Positions 19,395-28,996 of a stretch of 64,000 nucleotides of DNA are shown piece after piece. The notes under the pieces are model-generated. The model was not told the DNA's origin. It saw only the letters and a list, made by a program, of their open reading frames with translations, and made no database searches. The stretch comes from Gemmatimonadales bacterium (lineage in GTDB: Bacteria; Gemmatimonadota; Gemmatimonadetes; Gemmatimonadales; GWC2-71-9): NCBI GenBank assembly GCA_965249575.1, contig OZ252244.1, forward strand, positions 1,760,001-1,824,000. Reading direction: 5' to 3'. Every line of letters starts with the position of its first letter. Within the stretch, counting starts at the first letter, position 1. A program made the translations under genes and the position numbers.

Positions 19395-20702
19395 CTAGCC
19401 GGCAGCGAAGCTACTACGTGGGGCGTACTGTATCTCTGGGATCTTGGCGACGTGTCGGCGCGCCCAAGATCCCTCAAGTTGGGTCGAGAACTCATACGGT
19501 GATCCACCATCAGCGACTGTGGATCTCGGAACGAATGCTGATAGATCCTCACAGAAGACCACGTCAAGCCAAGCATCGGCATTAGACTCGAAGAACAGGT
19601 TGTTCAGTTCCTCGTCTTGCTTCAGGATGGGCCGAAACGCCGGGGTCGGAAGCCACACTTCCTGCTCGAATCTTGCCCGACGCAAATACTGGCCGAAAAA
19701 GGCTGGGTCCAAGCCAAACGGCGGGGCGCGTACATCGATCACGTTGTTCCAGGCGTCGATGTCAGTCGCATCTTCTCCCAGCAGGAATGGCATTCGCATC
19801 AAGAGATGAGGTACGTCAACTAGAATCTCCTGAGGACCAACGACATCTCGCCGAAACCAGAAATCAATTCGGGCGGCCAGAACTCGTGCGATGATCTCGT
19901 GTGCACCCTCATCGCCTTCATCTGCTCGTCCCAGCAGCGCCTGACGATCGGCCTCCGCAGACAGGGTGCGCGTGTCCTTGGAGAAGACCTCCTTGAAGGC
20001 GAGCTCCTGTAGTGGCGTTCCGTCTATGCCATCGACGGCGGTGAGGGGGGACAAGGCGCCGGCAGCGTGAAGCGAGAAGTAGGTCAGAGTGTCCTCGTCC
20101 AACGAAAACCCGGTTGCCTCGACGACCCTTGCGTCCAATCGGTTGCGGACAGCAGCTATCTGTTCGCGTCTCCGCGCCGCCGCCCTTTCGAGCTCTGGCC
20201 AATACCATGGTGCAAAGCCACGTTTGCCATGGTGGCGATTACGGGTCCACAATGCGCGATTGGACAGGTGCCTCGTGTTCACGGCACAATCCGCCCTACT
20301 TGCGACATCGCCGAGGAGGTAGAGGAGGTCAAAGTCAACATCAGCGTTCTTGTTGAGTGAGACGATGTAACCGACGTCAGTGAAAGCGCGCACGAAGCCG
20401 ACAACGCCCTCCGCGGTGTGACGAGCGCCCTTTATATCGAGGTGAGAGAGGTTGTTGTCGAAAAGCGCAACATCAAATCCGTCGAAAGGGAGGTCAGATG
20501 AATTACTTACGTCCCTGTCCTTCTCAAGACACACCTTCACTCTGTCGAAAAGGCCTTCGAGACCGGCCGCTAGGTTGTCACCGAACAGCGGGGTGATCCC
20601 GAGATTGGCAACACCGCTCTCGTCAAGTTCTTCGAGCACTTCGCGTCCCCTCTCCCCAATATCATCGCAAACCAGTACCTTCATCATCCTCAGCCTTTCC
20701 AT
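19395..20702 (-). CDS. Large receiver-domain protein with unknown C-terminal region
   Basis: KVLVCDD and FDVALFDNNL (acidic pocket, phospho-Asp); overlaps kinase stop. Confidence 0.75.
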   Translation of the reverse strand: MERLRMMKVLVCDDIGERGREVLEELDESGVANLGITPLFGDNLAAGLEGLFDRVKVCLEKDRDVSNSSDLPFDGFDVALFDNNLSHLDIKGARHTAEGVVGFVRAFTDVGYIVSLNKNADVDFDLLYLLGDVASRADCAVNTRHLSNRALWTRNRHHGKRGFAPWYWPELERAAARRREQIAAVRNRLDARVVEATGFSLDEDTLTYFSLHAAGALSPLTAVDGIDGTPLQELAFKEVFSKDTRTLSAEADRQALLGRADEGDEGAHEIIARVLAARIDFWFRRDVVGPQEILVDVPHLLMRMPFLLGEDATDIDAWNNVIDVRAPPFGLDPAFFGQYLRRARFEQEVWLPTPAFRPILKQDEELNNLFFESNADAWLDVVFCEDLSAFVPRSTVADGGSPYEFSTQLEGSWARRHVAKIPEIQYAPRSSFAAG

Positions 20703-22916
20703 GACATCTCAAGAGTCGTCGCAAACTCGGGGCGCGGTTGGACGAACGCGACCTTCGCACCGCGACGGCTGGCTATCATGCGGACAATAGCAAGCCCGAG
20801 CCCTTGCCCTCCGATGGCGATCGAGCGGTTGTCATCGCTGATTTCCAATCGACGTTCGAACGGTTCGAACAACTTCGCTGATTCTGCGATCGGTATGTTG
20901 AGTCCCTGACCGGTGTCGCTTATTTGAAGCCATTCCCGTCGCCCGGCATCAAACGCGATCGTCGCGCGGTCGCTATCGAGCATGGCGTTCCATGAATTGG
21001 ACATAACGTTTTGCAACAACGCACTCCACTCGGCAAACGAACCCACCGGAAAATAGAGACCCCGTTGAATACCAGAGAAGTCGTACTCAACGTTCGGCAT
21101 CAGAACACGCATCGCGTCTGCGACCTGCTCGACGACGGCGAGCACCTTGAGTCGATCGGTGGCTTCGGTGTCCACCTCCGAGAGCAGCGGCGCGAAAAGC
21201 TCCTGTAAAGCACTGAGTCTTCCGCGAGCGGCGTCAAACGACTTGGCGAGATCCCTCACGTCCGGTAACCGGTGTTTCGTGGCGATGCGTCGGAGACTTT
21301 TTGCCATCTGTTTGAGCACACGACTCTCTCTCAGGAGTTCGTGGGAGAGGGCCAACGCCACCATTCCGGCTGAGGCCAACGGCGCTAGAAGTACGGCACG
21401 TTGGTCCAGCGCCTCTTCCTCCAGTACAGACGCCTTTCGAGCGTCAACGGCCTCACGCTTGATCGCCCGAAAAATTGGCGCAGGTATGTCTGCTCTGTGA
21501 CGGTCCAGCGCTTCAACGACGCGATCATGCTTCCCTGAGGCAGGCTCCTTCGCGCGACGTTTGTCGGTGGCCTGCACAGCGCGTAGACGGTGGCGGTTTG
21601 CATAGAAATCGAGGGACAAGCGAACAAGATCACGAAGTTGCGCGAAAGCGTCATTGTCATGAAGACGATCGCGACCTGGTTGAATCTGTAGCCAGTCCCC
21701 GACTTTGGCTTTCTCGCTGTGTGCTACCTCCCGCTCGTGGTTGGTGTTGATGTCCACGGCGCCGAAGATGCGGCCCGGCGCCGGCAGGTCCTGCGTGTAT
21801 TTGTTCTGAGTACGAAGGCGTGGCGGTAATAGCTCCGACACGTTCAGGCGGCGTCCCTGATCTTGCGCAATCGAGAGCCAATCCTGGCCAGTTACATCCC
21901 GTCCCGAACCGTAGTACGGGAGTCTAAAGCCGGCGTCGTAGACGGAGACGTTGCCAAACCGGGCGAGGTAGTCGCGCAACTCACCGACGGGGATCCGTCC
22001 CGGTTGCACCCCTTCCGGTTTGTAGATCAGGATCTCAAAGCCTGCCTGATCGATTAGCGGTATTCGACCACCATCGGTAGGCCGGATTGGAATGGGGACG
22101 GTCTGTCGGAACGAGGCGGGCTTCTCCGCGTGCTCTGGGTAGCCACTCTTGAACTCGACCACTACAGTAGCCGTGCCTCCGCTACGGCCACTCTCGAGAA
22201 CGCCCCGTATTCGTGCCCTCCAATTGGAGAAGAGAGCACGGCGGACTTTGTCGAACGCTTCGGTACCGCTCTCTATTGATGGGGCGGCAACTTCAATGCT
22301 AAACTCCTCGGCTCTTCTGCTGGCGGTAGTCGCGGGCGGCGCCTTGAAGGGAGATCTGAACGTCCAGACTTCGCGACCCAGTCCCTCAAGCGCATCGGCG
22401 TCCCACTTGCTCTTTAGCTTCGTAAGGGTTATCCGTGTGCCGGTTGCGTGGTTGTTGGGGTACTCGGGGACGTCGGATCTTTCCTGCCAAAGAAGCTCGA
22501 CTTCATTTAGGTTCCTTCCCCTGACGATCGTGCTCCAGTCCACCACGACGTACAAGCATTTCCCGGGTCGGTCGGCTGACGTTGTCTCCAGAATCATCTC
22601 GTCGGCCAAAAACTGCACCGACAGGCGTCCAATCCCCTTGGAGCCTGTGAACGCGCGCCCATTGGCAGATACGCGGGCATCCACTTTGTGCGTTGTCCCG
22701 AGGCGCATCCAATGGGTGAAAAAAGTTCTCAGACATCCCGATTCCGTCATCGGTGACCACGATGGAGTCGTCACCGAATTCGATCCGGCACGTGGCAGCG
22801 TCGGCGTCGTATGAGTTCTTCACGAGTTCTGCCAACGCGATCGGTGCCCGCCCAATGAGTCGTTCGCCGAGTTCCTCAAGCAGTGCAGCGTCTACGGCGA
22901 AGGTTTCTCTGTTCAC
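20690..22916 (-). CDS. MORC/MutL-type GHKL ATPase fused to histidine kinase (frameshift near 22720)
   Basis: ELVKNSYDADA, DDGIGM, GSKGIGRLS, GTRITL; then H-box LSHEL, N-box QNVMSNS, DTGQG, FEPF, GQGLGLAIV; the two ORFs join at the A6 run 22719-22724. Confidence 0.88.
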
Positions 22917-22978
22917 AATGAGAGCCGAAGGGCCGACTTGACTATGTGGTACGAGCGTGTGTAATCACCTTGGCGCCG

Positions 22979-23407
22979 ATGTCTGAAAAGGATTCCATAA
23001 TTGACGTCGACCCGGCAAGGTCGGTTTTGATGCGGCGAGTCAAGGGCAAGGACTCCGCGCCCGAGATGTCCGTTCGCCGCGTCGCCCACGCTCTCGGCTA
23101 TCGGTTCAGGCTTCATCGTCGGGACCTACCAGGCACTCCGGACCTCGTCTTCCCGAGACTCCAAAAGGTTATTCTCGTTCATGGCTGCTTTTGGCACCGT
23201 CACAGAGGTTGCAGTCGGACCACGACTCCGAAGACGCGCACCGGGTTCTGGGAAGCGAAGTTCACACAGAACATCCGAAGAGACAAGCGAGTGGTCAGAA
23301 GACTCCGAGATATTGGCTGGGAGATCCTGATCATCTGGGAATGTCAGACGGCCGATCCTGCGAAGTTGTCGCGTCGACTCGAGAGATTCCTAGGGAAGGG
23401 CGCTTGA
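22979..23407 (+). CDS. vsr: Very short patch repair endonuclease
   Basis: RS..M..VKGKD..PE, LPGTPDLVF, VHGCFWHRH, W..KF..N..RD, IWEC. Confidence 0.95.
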   Translation: MSEKDSIIDVDPARSVLMRRVKGKDSAPEMSVRRVAHALGYRFRLHRRDLPGTPDLVFPRLQKVILVHGCFWHRHRGCSRTTTPKTRTGFWEAKFTQNIRRDKRVVRRLRDIGWEILIIWECQTADPAKLSRRLERFLGKGA

Positions 23408-23516
23408 GGCTTGGGTGTCTCTACCTGCCGCTCTTGAAGGAATCCTGGAAGAGGTCCGTGACACCCGGAGAAAGCTGACGATCTCGCTATGGTTCATCGA
23501 CTCCTCACACCCTTCT

Positions 23517-24235
23517 CTAAACCGCTAGCGCAACCGCCGCTTCTTTGCGACCGCGCAGCACGCTCAAACGCTCCCACTCACCCGGTCTCGCTTCGAATCT
23601 CCACCAACTCCAACCGTTTACTGAACGTCGTATGACGACCTTCGCGGCACCGGAGGGCGTAGCAAAAACTCTGCCCCGAAAGACGATATTGCCGTCCGGG
23701 CGCACGGTGGCTTTGTGGAGCTTCCCCTTGTACTTCATGCGGATCGGTGTACGCGACTTGAAGAGGCCAGCAAGCGCTGGTTCCTTCCCTAGGTCCTTCG
23801 AACCTCGGCGAGATCGGGATGGAGAACCAAATAGCGCCGCTAGCTCCTTCTTCTGCGCGTCGCTTATCCGTCGTTTGAAGTACCGCCGCAGGTCCTGGGA
23901 CTTGGAGAACTTCGTCTTAGACTTGTTCCCCTTCGGCATTGTGATACGAAGAGCTAGTGCCTCCAGCTCCCGCAGGTGGCCCCCCCCTCCGTTAGATACA
24001 TGCTGAAGTGATCCCAGACTCCAGCGTGCCGGTCTCGCAGGTGGGCCTTCAGGCGGGATCGGAGATTGGACGCCAGGCCCACATAGTAGAGCGTAGATCC
24101 GCGGTATAGGGCGTACACGCCATGTTTACCCTTGACGTACTCACGAACCACCTCGGGATGCTGCTCAAGGATTCGCCGCGGAAGGCGCTCAACGTGCTGG
24201 ACCACCAGGTGGGGGCTCTTCTTGGGCACGCTCAC
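23517..24235 (-). CDS. GIY-YIG nuclease fused to RAMA domain (frameshift at C8 run 23980-23987)
   Basis: GVYALY..LYYVGLASNLRSRL..H; after the shift HLRELEALALRITMPKGN; C-terminal A.V..DG.I...G..F.TPS.AA...NGW..W. Confidence 0.8.
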
Positions 24236-24269
24236 TCCCGGTCAAGCGAAACCTGGTGGCCGCAAGGGC

Positions 24270-24629
24270 CTAGGTGGAGGGTCGCTCCGAGCGGCCACGG
24301 CTCGACTCGACGGGGTAATTCTTCCGGTTCACCTCGATCTTCTCGCTAATGGCCGCGAGCAAGTCGAATCCCACCCTATCACTGAAAAGCAGAAGGGCGA
24401 TGCCAATGTCCGCGGCCTCAGCCGCGACTCGGCCACGATTGCCGTCCTCGTGAGACCAAGAATCAGCTGCGCTTCCCGTCAACCATCGATACTCCGCGAG
24501 TAGCTCGCCCGCCTCGGAGGCTATCGCCATGGCCAGGTTCTTCGGGTCGTGGAACTGCTCCCAGTCGCGCTCGGCTGCAAAGGCGCGGAGTTCTCCCAGT
24601 ACGCCCTCGAGAGTTGCCATACGCTTCAT
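24270..24629 (-). CDS. MazG-like nucleotide pyrophosphohydrolase
   Basis: FAAERDWEQFHDPKNLAMAIASEAGEL, E.AD, K...N..NYP; ATGA coupling to upstream gene. Confidence 0.92.
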   Translation of the reverse strand: MKRMATLEGVLGELRAFAAERDWEQFHDPKNLAMAIASEAGELLAEYRWLTGSAADSWSHEDGNRGRVAAEAADIGIALLLFSDRVGFDLLAAISEKIEVNRKNYPVESSRGRSERPST

Positions 24630-25666
24630 ATCCCTCGCAGAGCCTTCATTCTTTGAATCAGCGGAAGATCGCCTTCCGTCAGTCGACTGAGCCAAAGCTC
24701 ACCTCTGAAGTTGTCATCCTGGGAAAGGCCGACCCGCCGGTCAAATAGCGCGTAGTAGTCGCCATTCGTGATCACAACGTACCGGGCGCCCACCTCGAAT
24801 GCGTAACCGAAGGCCTGACAAAGGACCTGCTTGTTCTCTCGCGTCAACCCCCAGCCCCTCTTGACCTCGACGACAGCGACTATACCTCCCTCCCGCTCGA
24901 GGGTGATGTCAACTCGTCCCTGTCGGTGCTTGATCTCGTCAAATGGCCGATATCCCAGAAGCTGGAAGAACTTCTCGACCAGGGATTCGTGCGCACGCTC
25001 TTTGTGCTCGGGATCTTGGACTAATCACTGCACGTCGGCCAGCAAGGGTAGCAACCACGCCGGGCGTAGTGCAGGCACCGTGTCCTCACGCACGTCTGAA
25101 CGCCTCGGCCTTGGCCGATCCCGCACAGCTCGGCGTTTCAGGACCGGCTCCGTCTGCCCGGAAACGTACTTCAAGAAGTCGTCAATCGACCCATGCTCCC
25201 GGTGTAGTCTCCTCATCGCCTCGGTTCTCACACGTCTAGCGCCAGACAAGTTGTCGTTTACCGAGTATCCGATCTCGGTGAGAAGTCGCGTCTTGTCGAA
25301 CTCGACGTCGGTCACGTCGCGAAGGAAATAGATCAGTTCCCAGGGTTTCCCTGGCACGTAGGGCCACGGCAGCCGTTGGCCCAAGGCGCGCGATTCCACT
25401 TTGTAGGCCACCTGTCCTCGGTATTTGAACCGTCCGGTTCCCGTGATTGCAACCAGGACCTCGTCACCATCTTTCATGCTGTCGAAAACTGCCCGCATAT
25501 TCCTGCTCACAGCCCAACAACGGGCGTAATCCTGATCTCCAACGCGCGCGCTCAACTCGGCAACCTGTCGCTCGGACAGCGTCTCCTCAATCACGCGGAA
25601 CGAAACGCCGGGAGTGAGCGTCCGTGCATTCTCTTGGGATCCGGGGATGAGGAAAAGGTTCCTCAA
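24626..25666 (-). pseudogene. PUA/EVE-like domain plus HsdR_N-type PD-(D/E)XK nuclease, interrupted by in-frame TGA at 25025-25027
   Basis: Frame continues past the stop: LADVQ*LVQDPEHKERAHESLVEKFFQLLGY..GRVDI..VEVKR..QAFGYA..VVITNGD. Confidence 0.8.
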
Positions 25667-26037
25667 GTCCTCCGCCGATCATTATGAGATGTTCTGCCAT
25701 CCATAATGGTCCCGCTACACGACCTCCACCAGGGCATTCCTGGGACACGAACCCACGTTCTCGGGACAAGACCGACCGGTCGAATCCCTAGTGCAATCGC
25801 CGTCTTTTGCTCCTCGAATGCTGGAGAGAGACCGACGCGGTCCCGTGCACCGTTGTCTGCGAGTTGGCTGTGCGCTATCCCCCTTGATGTCCACAGATTG
25901 TCCACGGGTAGCGCCAGATGGACACTCAGGCGGACGTCGAGGCAGACAAGGCGCTCCGACCCTCGTAACCCGCGTCGGGATACGCCCCGGAGCGTAGCAC
26001 GGCGGGTCACCAGCCACGCCGGGTGCTTCTAGAGCAG

Positions 26038-26154
26038 CATTCCATCGGAAACTCCATAGAACATTCCATTGACACTCCATTGAACACTCCAGGGACAGTC
26101 CGGAGTAACTCAGGGGAAAACTCAGAAGAAAACTCAGGGCGTAACTCAAGGGAG
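26038..26154 (+). repeat. Two arrays of 11-12 bp iteron-like repeats
   Basis: (a)ytcca-core units at 26039, 26051, 26063, 26074, 26086; aactca-core units at 26107, 26119, 26131, 26143. Confidence 0.8.
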
Positions 26155-26260
26155 GGGATCGCCGAGGACGGCACCGTCCGCCTCGTATCCACAAGCCGTC
26201 TGTCCCGGCCGAGGGGTGCCACTTGACCTGAAGGCTTATCGCTGTTAGCGTCGCCATAAC

Positions 26261-26551
26261 ATGGGACGAGCCCGCCCCGACTTGATCAGGTGCTTTTGGG
26301 ACAACCCGCCCGGTCCGGCGCAGGGGCTCACGCTCGTCAAGCAAGCGCGCGGGCGGGAGTACGAAACCCGAGTAGGGCCGCGCGGCTCGCTCACGCAGAT
26401 CGAAACGGCGGCCGCGCTGGGAGTGAGCGTCATGACGGTCAACCGCTACGTTCGCTCGGGCATTCTCAGGAGCCACACGGAGGACGGAGTGTCGGTGATT
26501 CGGCTGAGCGAGATCAAGCGCTTTCTCGAGGCCAGGCGGCGAGGCGGGTAG
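26261..26551 (+). CDS. HTH DNA-binding protein (excisionase-like)
   Basis: LTQIETAAALGVSVMTVNRYVRSG; upstream TTGACC-17-TAGCGT at 26223-26251. Confidence 0.75.
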   Translation: MGRARPDLIRCFWDNPPGPAQGLTLVKQARGREYETRVGPRGSLTQIETAAALGVSVMTVNRYVRSGILRSHTEDGVSVIRLSEIKRFLEARRRGG

Positions 26552-26552
26552 C

Positions 26553-27014
26553 GTGTCTCTCCGACCCGTTGTCACCGGCTCAACTCCCCAAGCCGCGCCA
26601 AATCGCGCGGCTTCGGCCTTTGGGCATGGTAGCGCAAGAGCCCTCGACTGCACGCTCAAAGACATACGGGCCGAAGCCGAGAGGCAGCGAGAGGCGTTCG
26701 GCAACGAGCCCGCCGCCCGCACGCTCGAGTGGGCCGCCGACCAAGTCGAGTCCGCCGTTCAACGTGACGGAAGCGAAGTGTTGACGCTCGCTGAGGCCTC
26801 CGTCCGATCGGGATACTCCGAGGAGCACCTCGCCCGGATGGTCCGCACGGGGCGAATCCCCGACCTCCGCCCGGAAGGCTCGAGGGCCAGGATCCGGATT
26901 CGCGTGGCCGACCTCCCGATCAAGCCCGATCACGGCCATATTCCCGATGCGGACGCACACGAGCTCGCCAGCCGCCTCTTCGGAGGCAAGGAGGGCCGGA
27001 ATGGCCACCCCTGA
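26553..27014 (+). CDS. HTH protein (excisionase-like)
   Basis: LTLAEASVRSGYSEEHLARMVRTG; overlaps integrase start. Confidence 0.7.
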   Translation: MSLRPVVTGSTPQAAPNRAASAFGHGSARALDCTLKDIRAEAERQREAFGNEPAARTLEWAADQVESAVQRDGSEVLTLAEASVRSGYSEEHLARMVRTGRIPDLRPEGSRARIRIRVADLPIKPDHGHIPDADAHELASRLFGGKEGRNGHP

Positions 27015-27937
27015 ACGCTGGTCGAGAACCGTGGGCGCCCGACGTGGGCCGCGGGCCAAGATATACGAGCGCACCCCGGGCGGCGTGCTGTACATCGCCG
27101 TCCAGGGGCCCGGCACGAAGGAATCCCGGAGCAGCCTCGGACACCGGGACCGGGTGAAGGCGATGCGCGAGGCGGAAGCGGTGCTCAAACTCTTGAAGAA
27201 AGAGAAGGCGCCGTCACTCCGCCGTACCGGAGCGCTCACGTTGGGCGATCTGTTCAGGCGGTACGTCACCGATGGCAAGTATCTGCCTGACGGCTCTTTG
27301 AAAACCGAACCGTACCTGAAGCACTGTGCCAAGACCGGCCGGAACCTCGCCGCTTTCTTCGGCGAGGATCTCGAGATCAGCCGGCTCACGCCCGACCGGG
27401 TCGCCAAGTACGTGAGGGCTCGGCGGGTGGGCGACATCACCGGACGCGCCGTAGGCACCAACTGCATCAAGCAGGAGCTTAGGATCTTGAAGGCAGCGCT
27501 CAACTGGGCGTGCGGGGTCCACGTGCGGGGAAAGCTCCTCCTGGAGCGAAACCCGCTCGAGAAGCTCAAGGTGCCGCAGGAGAACGATCCCAAGCGGCCG
27601 ATGATCGAAGCCAAAACGGTGGACGCGTTGCTGCGCATCGCTCCGTCGGTCCATCCGTTCCTGCCAGCTTTGATCACGCTGGCCAGCACGACCGGCCGGC
27701 GCCTGAGCAGCATCCTCGGGCTCAGGTGGGACGACTTCGACTTCGGAGCGGAAGCACCTCCCGCCGAAGGACGTAGCGGCGGCCGGAGGCTGGAGCGACA
27801 TCAACACGCTACTCGATGTCTACCAACAGGTTGATGAAGAGACGCTTCGCGAGGTGGTCGACTACGAGAAGCCGCGCCGGCACGCCAAGTGGAAAGGCGG
27901 TGTGCGCAAAAGTGTGCGGAAATCGCTGCTCAAGTGA
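27001..27937 (+). pseudogene. Tyrosine recombinase/integrase with internal deletion
   Basis: Box I TTGRRLSSILGLRWDDFDF abuts, out of frame at about 27745, the tail ERKHLPPKDVAAAGGWSDINTLLDVYQQ; HxxR region absent. Confidence 0.88.
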
Positions 27938-27996
27938 GCGAAATCGACTCCTGACGCACAAACGCGACCGTGGTTAACTCCCAGTCGCGCTTGCAG

Positions 27997-28069
27997 TTGC
28001 CCCTCCTGGGCTCGAACCAGGACTCTCCTGATCCAGAGTCAGGCGTGTTGCCAGTTACACCAAGGGGCA
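27997..28069 (-). tRNA. tRNA-Gln(CTG)
   Basis: TGCCCCT/AGGGGCA acceptor stem, CCTGA-CTCTGGA-TCAGG anticodon arm, GGTTCGAGCCC T arm; CCA not encoded. Confidence 0.96.
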
Positions 28070-28078
28070 GAAGGGCAG

Positions 28079-28151
28079 TGGAGCTGAGGGGGCTCGAACC
28101 CCTGACCTCCTGGGTGCGATCCAGGCGCTCTCCCAGCTGAGCTACAGCCCC
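28079..28151 (-). tRNA. tRNA-Ala(CGC)
   Basis: GGGGCTG/CAGCTCC acceptor with G3:U70, CCTGG-ATCGCAC-CCAGG anticodon arm, GGTTCGAGCCC. Confidence 0.96.
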
Positions 28152-28286
28152 CCATTCGAGGGTTGGAAACGTAGGTACGGCCGGAGCTTCGGGCAAGAGT
28201 GGGCGACCTCTTACGGCATCCCTAACCCCTGGTGGTGTGGAGGATGGGCGGGCCCTGCCTCCTGGAAAGTGTAGGTGCGGTGCGGC

Positions 28287-28972
28287 CTACCCCGCCCGCG
28301 CCGCCTCCCAACCCAGAATCGCGCGCTTTCGCTCCGGCCCCCAGTGATAACCACCGAAGCTGCCGGATTCGCGGAGCACCCGGTGACAGGGAATGAGATA
28401 CGCGATCGGGTTCCGGCCGACTGCAGTCCCCACCGCCCGGGCTGCCGTGGGGCGGTCGATTGCCTCGGCGATTGCGCCGTACGAGGTGGCGGCGCCCTCC
28501 GGGATCTGAAGCAGCGCCTGCCACACCTGCAGCTGGAAGTTCGTGCCCTTCAAGAACAACGTGATCGGCTTGGCGCTTCCCTCCGCCTCGCCGAACAAGC
28601 GGCTCGCGAGGTCGGCGATACCGCGATCGTCCTCCTCGAATTGCGCGCGGGGCCAATCACGCTCGAGACGCTGGAGCGGTGCCCGCCGGTCGCCGTCCAC
28701 CACGAACTCGAGCCCGCACACACCGCGGTCGGTCGTTGCAATCATGCATTCGCCAAACGGGCTCGGCGCAAAGCCGTGCCGTATGACCAGATCCCGGCCC
28801 AGTTCCTTGTACTCACCCGGCGTCACCGCCTCGACGTTGACGAAGAGATCGTGCAACCGCCCTGGGCCCGACAGCCCGGCCTCGTACGCCGTCGCGAGGA
28901 CCGAGAGCCCACGCCGCAACGCCTGCTTGGCGTGCGTGACGGTGAGAAACTGGAGAAAACGCTTCGGGCTCA
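28287..28972 (-). pseudogene. Ada-like AraC-HTH/methylated-DNA-protein-cysteine methyltransferase, 5' truncated
   Basis: IPCHRV active site, GTNFQLQVWQAL; homology begins abruptly at LSPKRFLQ next to a 24-bp palindrome. Confidence 0.75.
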
Positions 28973-28996
28973 GGAGTAAGGCGGCCGCCTTACTCC
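28973..28996. repeat. Perfect 24-bp palindrome of the GAGTAAG repeat family
   Basis: GGAGTAAGGCGG-CCGCCTTACTCC. Confidence 0.85.

Larger units (their letters stand above)
13730..28037. mobile_element. tRNA-Gln-integrated genomic island (about 14.3 kb) with defence cargo and inactivated integrase
   Basis: Flanking tRNA direct repeats, tyrosine integrase and HTH genes next to the tRNA, visibly less GC-rich cargo. Confidence 0.9.

Noticed and set aside
25025..25027. Selenocysteine or recoded TGA
   Set aside because: Position is in an inter-domain helix with no Cys context, and TGA is a normal stop in many other genes here
25663..26722. Long ORFs 25715..26722 (-) and neighbours as replication proteins
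   Set aside because: Low-complexity Arg/Pro/Ser translations with no Rep or relaxase motif; antisense to the HTH genes
13730..28037. Prophage or conjugative element
   Set aside because: No virion, terminase, relaxase or T4SS genes between the att sites
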